A stretch of DNA of 63,830 bases, counting the filler, from Limisphaerales bacterium (GTDB lineage: Bacteria; Verrucomicrobiota; Verrucomicrobiia; Limisphaerales; SIBE01), in the NCBI GenBank assembly GCA_044225505.1. It is 8 parts of 8 records of this genome, joined end to end, with 100 filler letters (N's around TTAATTAATTAA, not from the genome) between each part and the next. Parts side by side here need not be neighbours in the genome. Positions count along the whole stretch, not along the records: positions 1 to 8,381 come from JBGAIN010000261.1; positions 8,482 to 17,770 come from JBGAIN010000018.1; 6 more parts are not named here. The stretch is one strand, 5' to 3'. Position numbers and translations under genes: made by a program. Positions 7,506-17,870 of the stretch are shown here, piece after piece. The notes below the pieces were generated by a model. The model worked only from the letters and a program-made list of their open reading frames with translations. It did not search any database and had not been told where the DNA came from. Each line of letters opens with the position of its first letter. The stretch's first letter is position 1.

Positions 7506-8381
7506 ATGCGATCACAAGATTTTCCCAAGCTCTTTCATGAACTGACCGGATTTTCTCCCTTCCCCTGGCAAGAAGCGCTCTATGCACATTTCATGGACGG
7601 AAAGATTCCAGAATCTGCCAACCTGCCTACGGGTTTAGGTAAGACGTCCATTGTCGCCGTCTGGCTTTGCGCGCTTGCTTTTGCACCTGGGAAGACTCCT
7701 CGTCGCCTCGTCTACGTCGTCAACCGCCGCACGGTGGTCGACCAAACCACCGTCGAGGCAGAACGGCTACGTGAAGCGCTCAACAAGCCGGCACTCGCTG
7801 AAGTCCGCGGCGCCCTAATCTCTTTGTGCGCTTTGCCATTGCCGGCAGCCGATGCGCCGCCGCTAGCCATCAGCACATTGCGCGGACAGTTTGCCGACAA
7901 CGGTGAGTGGTGCGTAGATCCAAGCCGCCCCGCTATCATCGTTGGCACTGTTGACATGATTGGCAGCGGATTGCTGTTCAGCCGCTACACGCGTGGATTC
8001 AAGACGCGACCCCTTCACGCCGGTTTCCTCGGCCAGGATGCGCTACTTGTCCATGACGAAGCCCATCTCGAACCGGCCTTTCAAGAACTGCTTCAACGTA
8101 TCGTCGCTGCACAAGGCGCGTCCAACGACCCGCGCAAACTGCGCGTCATCGAACTCACCGCGACCAGTCGCGCAGCGAACGCGAACGTTAACGCGAAGCC
8201 GTTTGGGTTGGACGAGAATCCAAACAACAAGGACACGGATAACGAAACTGTTCGAAAGCGCTTCAACGCCACCAAAAGGCTCTCGCTTGTCCCGGTCACC
8301 AAGATAGAGGGCGAGAAAGACAAGGCAAACGACGACACCGTTCTCGACAAAATCTTCGAACTCGTTCGGAACAAAAAAGAC
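7506..8381 (+). CDS. cas3: Type I-G (I-U) CRISPR-associated helicase Cas3, truncated by the contig end
   Basis: Helicase at the N-terminus with no preceding HD domain: PFPWQ, LPTGLGKT, PRRLVYVVNRRTVVDQ, LRGQFADN, GTVDMIGSGLLF, DEAHL, LTAT. Confidence 0.9.
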
Positions 8382-8481
8382 NNNNNNNNNNNNNNNNNNN
8401 NNNNNNNNNNNNNNNNNNNNNNNNNTTAATTAATTAANNNNNNNNNNNNNNNNNNNNNNNNNNNNNNNNNNNNNNNNNNNN
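8382..8481. other. Artificial contig spacer
   Basis: N44-TTAATTAATTAA-N44. Confidence 0.99.
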
Positions 8482-9545
8482 TCCATCGGCGGCCGACCCA
8501 CGATCGTTGCGGGATAAACCGCATCCTTTCGGTGGGTGATCGCTGTAATATGAAAGACCGGGTACGGTTCCGGCAATGTGTAGAACCCCGTGTGATCCCC
8601 AAATGGCCCCTCCGCACGCAGCGGTTCCCGAGGGTCCACATATCCTTCGATGACGAAATCCGCGTTCGCTGGAACTTCCAGGTTGTTCGTCTCGCATCTT
8701 ACCAGTTCGACGGATTTCTTTCGCAGGTAACCCGCCAACAGAAACTCGTCCAAACCGTCTGGCAAAGGCGCAGTCGCGGAGAACGGAAAGATCGGGTCGC
8801 CACCGAGAAAGACGGCGACGGGCATTCGTTCACCGCGTTCGTAGTACCGTCGCCCATGCCGCGCCCCTACCTTCTGCAATTGCCAGTGCATTCCAGTCGT
8901 TCCAGCATCGAAGACTTGCATCCGGTACATCCCCACGTTGCGCTCGCCAGTATCTGGATCCTGGGTCACGACGCAGGGCAAGGTAATGAATCGGCCCGCG
9001 TCCAGAGGCCAGCACTTGAGAATAGGAATATCCAGGAGCGTCGCATCGGCGCCGGCTCGAACGGCGCTGCCAACCGTTTGGGTCAAAATATCGGGCGCCG
9101 GGGGCCAAGCCTCCAACCGGGTCGCAGGCGACTCAAAGCGGACGATTTTCTCCTTGCACGGCCCGCTTTTCACCGTCTTCGGCTTGGCGTGCCGCAATTC
9201 GAGCGCTGTGCCGAACAAGCGGATGGCTTCGCGCAGATTCATTGGTGGCTTGGCCTTCATGAGAGAACCAAGCTCCATGGCGACCTCCTCTACCGAGTTG
9301 GCACCTAACGCCAGAGCCATCCGCTTCCAGGATCCCATGGTGTTAATGGCCACCGGGAACGGGGATCGAACACCTCCGACCAGAGGTTGGGTAAAGACGA
9401 TCGCCTTGCCCCCGCCCGGTAATTTCATCTGGCGCTCGGCGATTTCGGTAATCTCAAGCTCGGTGGCGATCGGTTCTGTGACGCGCAACAACTCGCCGGC
9501 GGCATCGAGCGCACGCAGGAAGTCTTGGTATGACGCAAAAGCCAT
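8482..9545 (-). CDS. ubiD: UbiD-family decarboxylase (menaquinone/futalosine-pathway type), 3' truncated
   Basis: ELEITEI, RNVGMYRMQ, GMHWQ, EGPFGDHTGFY and YPATIVGRPPM motifs. Confidence 0.92.
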
Positions 9546-9605
9546 GCGCGTGAGGTTGCGAGTCAGCTTCTCAGAAACGCGAACGCTCGCAGATTTGAGA
9601 AACGC

Positions 9606-10172
9606 TCATTTACTCCCGGGTTTGGTTGCGGGAATAGTCTGCAGGTCTGGCGGAAGTCGGGCCGGTGAGAATGTCTCCACTTTGAGCCGAATGAGGCTAA
9701 CGAGGGGCACTCCCAGATCCACTGCCCCGTCCGATCGGTCCACTAACATTGCGACCGCCACCGTTTCTCCACCGGCATCTCGAACGATGTCCATCGTCTC
9801 GCGGACCCGCCCGCCTTGGGTAACGACGTCTTCCACCACTAACACCCGCTCGCGCGGGGCGATGCGAAAACCTCGGCGCAACACCAGCTTTCCGTCCTCT
9901 TTCTCGGCAAATATAAAGCGCACGCCCAATTGCCGGGCCACTTCTTGGCCAATCACCAGCCCCCCCATGGCCGGCGCGATGACAGTGGCGGCTCCGAGTG
10001 AGCGTAACGGCTCGGCCAGAGCACGGCCGAACCGTTCGACCACCGGCATTTGCTGGAGGGCCAAGGCACACTGGAAGTACTGCCGGCTGTGCAGGCCGCT
10101 GCGCAGGATGAAGTGGCCGTCGAGGAGAGCTCCAGTGTCCCTGAAGACCCGGATGGCGTCGTCGCTAGTCAT
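9606..10172 (-). CDS. pyrE: Orotate phosphoribosyltransferase
   Basis: GHFILRSGLHSRQYFQCA and PRPP-binding VLVVEDVVTQGG. Confidence 0.95.
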   Translation of the reverse strand: MTSDDAIRVFRDTGALLDGHFILRSGLHSRQYFQCALALQQMPVVERFGRALAEPLRSLGAATVIAPAMGGLVIGQEVARQLGVRFIFAEKEDGKLVLRRGFRIAPRERVLVVEDVVTQGGRVRETMDIVRDAGGETVAVAMLVDRSDGAVDLGVPLVSLIRLKVETFSPARLPPDLQTIPATKPGSK

Positions 10173-10466
10173 TGGGAAGGATGAAAGACGAAGGATGGCG
10201 AAATGACAATCCCTAACCCGTGGTGGCGCGGAAAAGCTGAATAAGGATTTAAGTATTTAGAAGGGAAGGCTTTAATCTCAATTGGAGAAGAATTTTTGGA
10301 GTCAGGCATTGCCAAACCTAACTGGACGCATCAGATTAGCAGGGCAAACGAGGCGTATCTGGATGAAAAAGACTCCAAATGACCTTAAAATAATGTTTGA
10401 CTTGAAGCGGCAAAATCTTTACAACCAAGCTCATTGAACGGGGAACAACTACTTAGAAACGAAAAT

Positions 10467-11174
10467 ATGAAACGAAATAAAGCAACCTTGGCTGTCTTAC
10501 TAGCCGCTCTTTCATTCTTCGCTGCTCCCTCTGCTAGCGCTATTTCGCAATCTGACGTTTTAGCGATCAAAAAGGCTGTGGCTAATGTCCCCGCCGCAGA
10601 AGTTGCTGCTAAAGCCGGTCAGATTGTCTCGCAAGCCAGCGATTCAGACCGAAAAGAAGTTGCCTTGGCAACAGTTCGCGAAACTGTCGGGCAAAAGCCA
10701 GCAGCTTTAGTCGCGGTTGTTGCGGCAATCGCGAAAGCTGCACCAGAGGTGACAGTGGCAGTGGCCGCCGAGGCCGCGAAACTTTCGAACGATCAAGCGG
10801 CGGATATCGCGAAGGCCGCAACGACGAGCGCACCTGATCAAGCAGAACAGATTGCGGCTGCCGTGGCTAAAGCGACGCCGAAATCCGCAACGAGCGTGGC
10901 TCGTTCTGTGGCAACGGTTACGCCAGATCGAACCGACAAGATTGTGGAAGTTGTGTTGGCCGCTGTGCCAGCCGCTCGGAACGAGATCGCCAATGACTCG
11001 ACGCTCACCCGTTTGAGCCAACGCAGCGCGGGAACACAAGGGCAAGGCGGTATTTTCACCACTCGCCCAGGATCGATCAGCGGCAAGCCGAACCCTGGAG
11101 TACCTCCTACTGTAGTGACTGGCGCCACGGTCGGTTCTGATCAGCGTCGTAAATACGGTTCGGTTACCCCGTAA
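10467..11174 (+). CDS. Secreted alanine-rich helical-repeat hypothetical protein
   Basis: Signal peptide MKRNKATLAVLLAALSFFAAPSASA, repeated A-x-x-IAxAAxxxAP units, and a downstream terminator. Confidence 0.85.
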   Translation: MKRNKATLAVLLAALSFFAAPSASAISQSDVLAIKKAVANVPAAEVAAKAGQIVSQASDSDRKEVALATVRETVGQKPAALVAVVAAIAKAAPEVTVAVAAEAAKLSNDQAADIAKAATTSAPDQAEQIAAAVAKATPKSATSVARSVATVTPDRTDKIVEVVLAAVPAARNEIANDSTLTRLSQRSAGTQGQGGIFTTRPGSISGKPNPGVPPTVVTGATVGSDQRRKYGSVTP

Positions 11175-11199
11175 TTCAAACGTTTCAGGTAGCTTTCCC

Positions 11200-11233
11200 A
11201 AAACCCTGTCCTCTTCGAAGGACAGGGTTTTTT
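11200..11233 (+). terminator. Rho-independent terminator
   Basis: AAAACCCTGTCCT-CTTCGA-AGGACAGGGTTTTTT. Confidence 0.85.
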
Positions 11234-11320
11234 ATTATCTGTGACCAAGCAGCGCCTGATTTTCGAGTGACGCCAAGCATATCTCAACGGATGCTTGTCT
11301 GGAACGCCACCTTCAGACGA

Positions 11321-11992
11321 ATGATGCTGCGGCACGCAAAGTTGTTGATTGCTATTTTACTGCTCCCGCTGTGCCTGGGCACAGGTCAAGCCCTCGTCCG
11401 GATCATTCAGGCTTCTGGAAGAGCGGACACCGTCTGGATTATTCTGGCTACAGGGTTTGCCTGCTGGCTGGTCATCTACCTCTTACTCCCTCGTCCGATG
11501 TGGGCATACGTATTCGGACACGAGCTAACCCACGCTCTTTGGACGTATCTTTTCGGAGGGAAAGTGAAGCGATTCAAAGCCACCGCCAAGGGAGGCCAGG
11601 TCGTGGTGACGCGCACAAATTTCCTAATCGCTCTTGCCCCGTATTTCTTCCCAATTTACGCGGCAGGAATCGTGCTCCTATTTGCCGTGGGAGACTTCTT
11701 GTGGAACTGGAAGCCTTATGCCATCTGGTTCCACTTGCTGATCGGTGGAGCGTATGGATTTCACCTCACCCTCACTTGGCATATTCTGAGAACCGAACAA
11801 TCGGATATCACAGATCAGGGCTTTCTGTTTTCCGCCGTCATCATCTGGCTGGGTAACGTCGGAGTGCTGCTGGTGGGGATCCCATTGCTCGCGGGCCATG
11901 TTTCGATTCCCACGGCGCTGTCATGGTGCTGGACTGAGACCGTTTCTGCTTGGCAGCGCCTGGCAGCGATCCTCGGAGGAATTCGCTCTTGA
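11321..11992 (+). CDS. Membrane protein with HEXXH motif (M50-like metallopeptidase)
   Basis: FGHELTHALW and ALAPYFFP within multiple hydrophobic helices; start codon uncertain. Confidence 0.8.
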   Translation: MMLRHAKLLIAILLLPLCLGTGQALVRIIQASGRADTVWIILATGFACWLVIYLLLPRPMWAYVFGHELTHALWTYLFGGKVKRFKATAKGGQVVVTRTNFLIALAPYFFPIYAAGIVLLFAVGDFLWNWKPYAIWFHLLIGGAYGFHLTLTWHILRTEQSDITDQGFLFSAVIIWLGNVGVLLVGIPLLAGHVSIPTALSWCWTETVSAWQRLAAILGGIRS

Positions 11993-12037
11993 AATGGACC
12001 CGTGAATCAGGCGAAATGAAACCTCGCGTTTGCGAAT

Positions 12038-12505
12038 ATGAATCTCGGTGACATCCTGACGAGAGAACAGATCATACCAGAGTTGCAGGCGACCAATCGT
12101 TGGGAGGCCATCGACGAGTTGCTCAACACGCTTGTGACCTGCGGCAAGATCAAAGCGGAGCATCGGCAAGCGATCGCTGCCGTGGTCAAGAAGCGTGAGA
12201 CATCCATGAGCACGGGCATTGGGTTTGGCATTGGCATCCCTCACGCCTCAACGGATTTGATTTATGAGGTTGTTGGGGCGCTTGGCCGCTCTCGCCGCGG
12301 AGTCAACTTCGATGCCTTGGATAATCAACCCGTGAACCTGGTCATGCTTTTCTTGGTGCCCCAAGGCCAATTCCAGAAGCACCTCCATACTCTCGCCAAC
12401 ATCGCCAAGCTGCTTCATCGAAAAGAATTTCGACAGTCTCTCGAGGAAGCGACCGATGCTGAGGTGATGTACAAGATCATCCAAGATACGTCGGCCGGAA
12501 AGTAG
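12038..12505 (+). CDS. PTS IIA (Fru/Ntr-type) domain protein
   Basis: KRETSMSTGIGFGIGIPHA and FDALDNQPV. Confidence 0.93.
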   Translation: MNLGDILTREQIIPELQATNRWEAIDELLNTLVTCGKIKAEHRQAIAAVVKKRETSMSTGIGFGIGIPHASTDLIYEVVGALGRSRRGVNFDALDNQPVNLVMLFLVPQGQFQKHLHTLANIAKLLHRKEFRQSLEEATDAEVMYKIIQDTSAGK

Positions 12506-12562
12506 CCGCACGCACGATCCGCTTCAACCGGCCGAAAGCAGCCCAGATTTCATCGCGCTCCT

Positions 12563-14298
12563 GTGTTACCGCATCTCTTGCTTGAACAAAGACTGCAGAC
12601 GGCGATTCGTTCTGTTTTACCAGACGCGGATCTCGCCACCGCCCTGATTCGGTCGTGTCCAGACCCCAAGTTCGGAGACTATCAGTCCACCATCCTGATG
12701 ACGCTGGCCAAACAGCGTCGGCTGAACCCGCGGCAACTCGCCGCAGAGGTTGTCGGCCGGTTGGATGTGTCGCCCTGGTGCCACCCTGTGGAAATCGCCG
12801 GCGCTGGTTTCCTCAACTTTCGCCTTACGGCCTCCGCCATCAGTGCAGCGCTCACCTCCGCACATCGAGGAGAAGGGCTGTTTTTCGAGAAGACAACTCA
12901 CCCGCGGACCCTGGTCATCGATTTCAGTTCACCGAACGTGGCGAAGCCGATGCATGTGGGACACATTCGTTCAACGATTCTCGGCGAATGCCTGTCGCGA
13001 GTCGTTCGTCTGCTCGGCCACCGCGTGATCACGGACAATCATATCGGAGATTGGGGAACGCAGTTCGGCAAACTACTGGTAGGTTGGAAGCATCATCTCG
13101 ATCCCGCCGCGTTGCAGACCGATCCCATCGCGGAAATGGAACGTCTCTACCGCCTGGTCGATCAATTGTGCAAAGCTGATCCTGCGGTCTTGGAAGAGGC
13201 CCGGCAAGAGCTTGTCAAATTGCAGGGAGGCGATGCTGAAAATCTCCAACTGTGGCGGAAGATGATTGCGCTTTCCGCGGCGCAGTTTGACACGATCTAC
13301 AATCGTCTCGATGTCCATTTCGACCACGCGCTCGGCGAAAGTTTCTACAATCCGAAATTGCGCAGCATCGTGGAGCGCCTCACGGCGCTCGGTTTGGCCG
13401 AACCAAGCGAAGGGGCCATCGCGGTGTTTTTCCTCGATAATCCCGAACTCAAGGACCATCCCGCGCTGATCCAGAAGAGCGACGGTGGCTTTAACTACAC
13501 GACGACCGATTTGGCCACGCTCGACCACCGCCTGGAGCAATGGCACCCCGACGAGATCATTTACGTCACAGACGGGCGGCAGCAACTCCACTTTAAGCAA
13601 CTTTTCGCCATCTTTAAACGCTGGCACCCCGATGCCAAAGTCCGCCTCCATCACGTTTGGTTCGGGGCGATCCTGGGCGAGGATGGACGTCCATTCAAAA
13701 CCCGGTCCGGGGACACCATCAAGCTCGCCGATCTGCTGGACGAAGCGGAGGAGCGGGCCTTCCGAGTAGTTTCCGAGAAGAACTCGGATTTGACCGAAAG
13801 CGAGCGGCGCCAGATTGCGGCCGTCGTCGGGATAGGGGCCGTTAAGTATGCAGACTTGCTGCCGAACCGGCAAAGCGATTACGTTTTCAGCTGGGACAAA
13901 ATGCTGGCCTTGAGTGGCAACACCGCGCCCTATCTGCTTTATGCCTACACTCGGATTCGCAGCATCCTGCGCCGGAACGAAGAGAGTTCTGCAGCTTCCG
14001 CTGGAGGCGGGCAACGGGGCGGCGAAATGATCTTATCCGCCCCGGAAGAGTTGACCCTAGCCAAGCATTTGCTGAATTTCGGGACAGTCCTGGAAGCGGT
14101 CGCAGAGGAATTCCGACCAAATTACCTCTGCAACTATCTCTACGAACTCGCCGGAAAATTCACGAGCTTTTACGAGAATTGCCCTGTGCTCAAAGCAGCC
14201 GAGCCAGAACGCCAGACTCGGCTAGCAATCTGCGAACTGACTGGCAAGGTGCTCAAACAAGGGCTGTTTTGGGACTGCAGACGGTCGAACGCATGTGA
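12563..14298 (+). CDS. argS: Arginine--tRNA ligase, with an apparent frameshift about 10 codons before the true stop
   Basis: IDFSSPNVAKPMHVGHIRST, GDWGTQFG, FKTRSG and GNTAPYLLY. The canonical ending VLGLQTVERM* (stop 14296-14298) is in another frame from the called ORF, which ends at 14359. Confidence 0.95.
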
Positions 14299-14332
14299 TT
14301 CCAAAGGCCATCGGGGCTGCGCCTTGGGAAAA

Positions 14333-15031
14333 TTAAAGCTCGGTAGCGTGTCGTATTAAGCCCGCTTCCAAACGAGTGAAAAGTGTCGGCGCGTCGGTAA
14401 GATCTTCACATGATTCACCGCGCACAACTCTGCCAAATCCTTCTCCGTAAGCCGGCCCATTGACCACGCAGGCATCGGTCCGACAGTTCTCCATCTGCGC
14501 AAGCGCCATGTTGATCGCGTCCGCGCGAGTGCCATCCACCTCGTACTTCCATCCGACTAACTGCGCCCGAGGATACCATTCTCGCAACCGCGCAATGATC
14601 TTGGGAGTCGGCACCAACTCTACGAGCAGCGTTCCTCCGCGAGTCGAAAACTTGCCCGACCGAACCTGCTGCAAATCGCCTCTATCCGATCGCTGGTAAA
14701 CGGCGCCGAAAGCGAAATCACTCACTGCCGCGACATGAAAGACCGCATCGATGGCGGTCTGGGCGAGGGTTTGCAGGCGAGAACTTAGATCCGCCGTCGT
14801 CGTAAAGGTTGCCACCTCCGAAGCTTTGATCTCACCGGGGTGAATCGAGTAGTAACCTTTCAGCAGAACAACCTCATGACCACGACTCTGCAAGTGAGAA
14901 GCCAAGTCACACCCCAACTTTCCCGTGGAGAAATTCGTCAATCGCCGGACTTGATCCAGCGATTCATAGGTCGGGCCTGCTGTGACAATACATTTCACGG
15001 AAGCTCCCGGCTCGATCTCGGGAAGGACCAT
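14333..15031 (-). CDS. Stand-alone CoaB-like phosphopantothenate--cysteine ligase domain
   Basis: VTAGPTYESLDQVRRLTNFSTGKLG, AAVSDF, PTPKII and VGWKYE. Confidence 0.85.
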   Translation of the reverse strand: MVLPEIEPGASVKCIVTAGPTYESLDQVRRLTNFSTGKLGCDLASHLQSRGHEVVLLKGYYSIHPGEIKASEVATFTTTADLSSRLQTLAQTAIDAVFHVAAVSDFAFGAVYQRSDRGDLQQVRSGKFSTRGGTLLVELVPTPKIIARLREWYPRAQLVGWKYEVDGTRADAINMALAQMENCRTDACVVNGPAYGEGFGRVVRGESCEDLTDAPTLFTRLEAGLIRHATEL

Positions 15032-15094
15032 GGCCCGCCGCCTCAGATGGGTTTCCGAGGCGCTTGACTAACCGCTCCGTCAACTGGCGCCCGA

Positions 15095-15478
15095 TCAGGC
15101 GGTCGTTGTGGCCTGAGTGGCCTGGCGGGATTCCTTCTCTTTCACCGCGGTCGCGCCCTTGCCAATCCGCTGGCGCAAATAAGTAAGTTTAGCGCGGCGC
15201 ACCGACCCCTTTCGCTCAACCTCAACTTTTTCGACGCGCGGAGAATGGACAGGAAACACACGTTCCACTCCCTCGCCATAGCTGATGCGGCGGACGGTGA
15301 ACGTGGAGTTCAAACCATGACCTCGGCGTCCGATCACGACCCCGGCAAAAATCTGGATACGTTCTTTATCCCCTTCAACGACTTTGGTGTGAACCCGCAC
15401 CGAGTCTCCGACCGCAAAATTGGTGGAATCCTTTCGGTATTGCTCAGATTCAATCTTATCAAACAAGGCTTGGCTCAT
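15095..15478 (-). CDS. rplS: 50S ribosomal protein L19
   Basis: [29 protein letters not shown] and [10 protein letters not shown]. Confidence 0.98.
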   Translation of the reverse strand: MSQALFDKIESEQYRKDSTNFAVGDSVRVHTKVVEGDKERIQIFAGVVIGRRGHGLNSTFTVRRISYGEGVERVFPVHSPRVEKVEVERKGSVRRAKLTYLRQRIGKGATAVKEKESRQATQATTTA

Positions 15479-16194
15479 AATTCTGGTTCAGTTGCGCGGG
15501 GCCGTCGGGCTGGGCTAACCGCTGGTTCACTTAATAAATCTGGTCTTCGCTGTTCTGTTCTCTGTTGCGCCTGATCCAAGCGCCACTTGGCAATCTCTGC
15601 GTGATGGCCGGATAACAGCACGTCCGGGACTTTCCATCCTCGGTACTCGGCCGGTCGCGTGTATTGCGGATACTCAATCAAACCGCCGCTAAACGACTCG
15701 ACTTCGGAACTCTGCTCATCGCCGAGCACTCCCGGCAGCAGCCGAGTCACGGCATCGATTATAACCATCGCGGGCAGTGCCCCATTGGTCAGCACGTAAT
15801 CCCCAATCGATAGCTCGTCGTGCACCAAGTGCTCGCGGATTCGTTCGTCAAATCCTTCGTAACTTCCGCAAATCAACAACAAATGAGACTGCAAGGCTAA
15901 CTCCCGCGCCACGCTCTGGTCAAATCGACGCCCCGCCGGCGTCAACAGCACCACTCGCGTCTCGCTGCTGGCGATGCTTTCCACCGCCTCGAATACCGGC
16001 TCCGGTTTGAGCAGCATTCCCGGACCACCGCCGAACGGACGATCATCCACCGTCTTGTGCCGGTCGTGCGTATAATCTCGAAGCTGATGGATCCCAAGTT
16101 CCAACGCCCCGGACTTTCGGGCACGTTGGATGATGCTCTCATCCAAAGGCCCCGCGAACATCCCCGGAAACAGCGTCAAAACATCGATCTTCAT
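15475..16194 (-). CDS. trmD: tRNA (guanine-N1)-methyltransferase
   Basis: [32 protein letters not shown] and EYPQYTRP. Confidence 0.97.
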   Translation of the reverse strand: MKIDVLTLFPGMFAGPLDESIIQRARKSGALELGIHQLRDYTHDRHKTVDDRPFGGGPGMLLKPEPVFEAVESIASSETRVVLLTPAGRRFDQSVARELALQSHLLLICGSYEGFDERIREHLVHDELSIGDYVLTNGALPAMVIIDAVTRLLPGVLGDEQSSEVESFSGGLIEYPQYTRPAEYRGWKVPDVLLSGHHAEIAKWRLDQAQQRTEQRRPDLLSEPAVSPARRPRATEPEL

Positions 16195-16262
16195 GGGCAA
16201 GCGGGCGTTCCGTGAGACTTTCCCCGCGGCCATCCAGCATGGCCCGCTACCGCGGCGCCGAA

Positions 16263-16514
16263 CTACGCCCCTTCCTCGGGGCGTTCTTCAACAATCTCCA
16301 CCATGCAGCGAACGCCCTTCTTCGCTGCTCCCACTTGCAAGAGAGACCGGATCGCATGGATGGTGGCCCCCTGCCGACCAATGATCTTCCCAATATCGGT
16401 TGGGTGCAGTCGCAACTCGTACAAGGTCATCCCGTTGCGATCCACTGGCGTAATCGTTACCGCGTCCGGGCGCTCCACCAGACCCTTTACCACATACTCG
16501 AGGAAGTCTTGCAT
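16263..16514 (-). CDS. khpA: KH-domain RNA-binding protein
   Basis: [17 protein letters not shown]; usual position after rpsP. Confidence 0.9.
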   Translation of the reverse strand: MQDFLEYVVKGLVERPDAVTITPVDRNGMTLYELRLHPTDIGKIIGRQGATIHAIRSLLQVGAAKKGVRCMVEIVEERPEEGA

Positions 16515-16535
16515 AAAGCCCCGATCGGCCAGCCC

Positions 16536-16790
16536 TTAGGCGGTCGCTTTGGCTTTTCGCGCCTTCTTCAAAAAGCTTGCGACGGTATCGGACGGAAGGG
16601 CCCCTTTGCTCAACCAGTACTCCGCCCGCTCGACATTTACCGTGTAATTGTCGGACTTCTTAAGCGGCGCATAGGTGCCGATTTCCTCGATGAACTTACC
16701 GTCCCGCGGACTTCGGCTGTCTGCCACCACGATCCGGTAAGCCGGCGTGTTGGTTGTTCCGACCCGCTTCATGCGAATTCTAACTGCCAT
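16536..16790 (-). CDS. rpsP: 30S ribosomal protein S16
   Basis: [11 protein letters not shown] and [23 protein letters not shown]. Confidence 0.98.
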   Translation of the reverse strand: MAVRIRMKRVGTTNTPAYRIVVADSRSPRDGKFIEEIGTYAPLKKSDNYTVNVERAEYWLSKGALPSDTVASFLKKARKAKATA

Positions 16791-16969
16791 AAAATAAATA
16801 GTTCCTGATCGCCCATCAGACAATCCACGCCCGAGGCCGATCCACAGCGGTTCTCAAAAGAGTGGGGAGAGTAATGTCCGCCTGCCAGCTTGGCAAGCCC
16901 TGTTTTGACACACGTTTTGGGCGCTGGTGGCCTCAGATTAAGAAACACCGGGAATCGGTGGAGATGCAC

Positions 16970-17053
16970 ATGAGTCACGAGATGAAAGCAGACCTGTTAG
17001 CCGCGCTGAGAATTCGCTATGCGCGACGCAATCGAGAGGGCAAAGGCCGGATG
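16970..17053 (+). pseudogene. N-terminal stub of an IS transposase (ISNCY/integrase-core type)
   Basis: MSHEMKADLLAALRIRYARRNREGKGRM resembles the RxRY..A.R..K..ILD N-terminus of such transposases, and the similarity stops abruptly. Confidence 0.45.
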
Positions 17054-17359
17054 CAGTTTTCCATGGACGAGCAAGGCTTTGCCGCTTCGCCCAATCCCCA
17101 ACCTCAGTTCATCTCAGATGTCTGGCCAAAACCCATGGGCGGCATCCGAGGGATCGCAGGTCGGATCGATGGCGCCCAAGCGGGACGCGGAACCTCGCGC
17201 GACAGAGCGCAGGCTCAGTGACTGCCAAGCAAATAACTTTGAGCCTGAAACCTCTCTGCCGCGCGACCGATCGTTCCTCATCCCAACCTGGCGCTGTAGT
17301 ACGGGACCAACCAGTTCGTCAAGTGAGCTGGTTACCTGGACGGCTGCAGATAACTCCGA

Positions 17360-17770
17360 TCATTCATCATCGCTGATCTGATACCACCCGTCTTTTAAGA
17401 TCGTGTAATCGGACGGACCGACAGCACCATCCCCATCGATGTCCGCCGACGGATCGTTGGTTCGCCATCGACTCCTCAGGATGAAATAGTCCACCGAGTT
17501 CACTTTGTCGTCGTGGTTTAAGTCTCCACCGAGTAGTTGGTGGTTCGTTTCTCCCTCCTGGGACTTTTTGACAAAATCTAATGCCGCTTCGTTAGGGTTT
17601 GCTTCATCGAACGCCACAGGCAGCTTTCGCCGAAGGTAAAAATCGGACTGAACACTGACATGGGACGTTCCATTCGGGAGACCGACGCGATAGTGGAAGT
17701 ATCCAGTTCGAATGTCTCTAGTCAGTTCCAGCCCCTCGATCCGACCCAGAGTGGAGTTCTCGTCGGTCAT
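17360..17770 (-). CDS. C-terminal fragment of a secreted protein with a dockerin-like (paired EF-hand) domain
   Basis: GDLNHDDKVNSVDYFIL ... ADIDGDGAVGPSDYTIL; 5' part lost at the contig end. Confidence 0.75.
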   Translation of the reverse strand: MTDENSTLGRIEGLELTRDIRTGYFHYRVGLPNGTSHVSVQSDFYLRRKLPVAFDEANPNEAALDFVKKSQEGETNHQLLGGDLNHDDKVNSVDYFILRSRWRTNDPSADIDGDGAVGPSDYTILKDGWYQISDDE

Positions 17771-17870
17771 NNNNNNNNNNNNNNNNNNNNNNNNNNNNNN
17801 NNNNNNNNNNNNNNTTAATTAATTAANNNNNNNNNNNNNNNNNNNNNNNNNNNNNNNNNNNNNNNNNNNN
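17771..17870. other. Artificial contig spacer
   Basis: N44-TTAATTAATTAA-N44. Confidence 0.99.

Noticed and set aside
8382..8481. Recurring TTAATTAATTAA palindrome inside N runs (seven times)
   Set aside because: Identical 100-bp artificial linkers with stops in all frames; not biological.
7506..9545. cas3 apparently adjacent to ubiD and pyrE, and other cross-spacer neighbourhoods
   Set aside because: The genes are on different contigs, so the adjacency is arbitrary.
16194..16263. rimM missing from the rpsP-khpA-trmD-rplS cluster
   Set aside because: Real in this sequence, but rimM is absent or relocated in various lineages, so it is not evidence of novelty.
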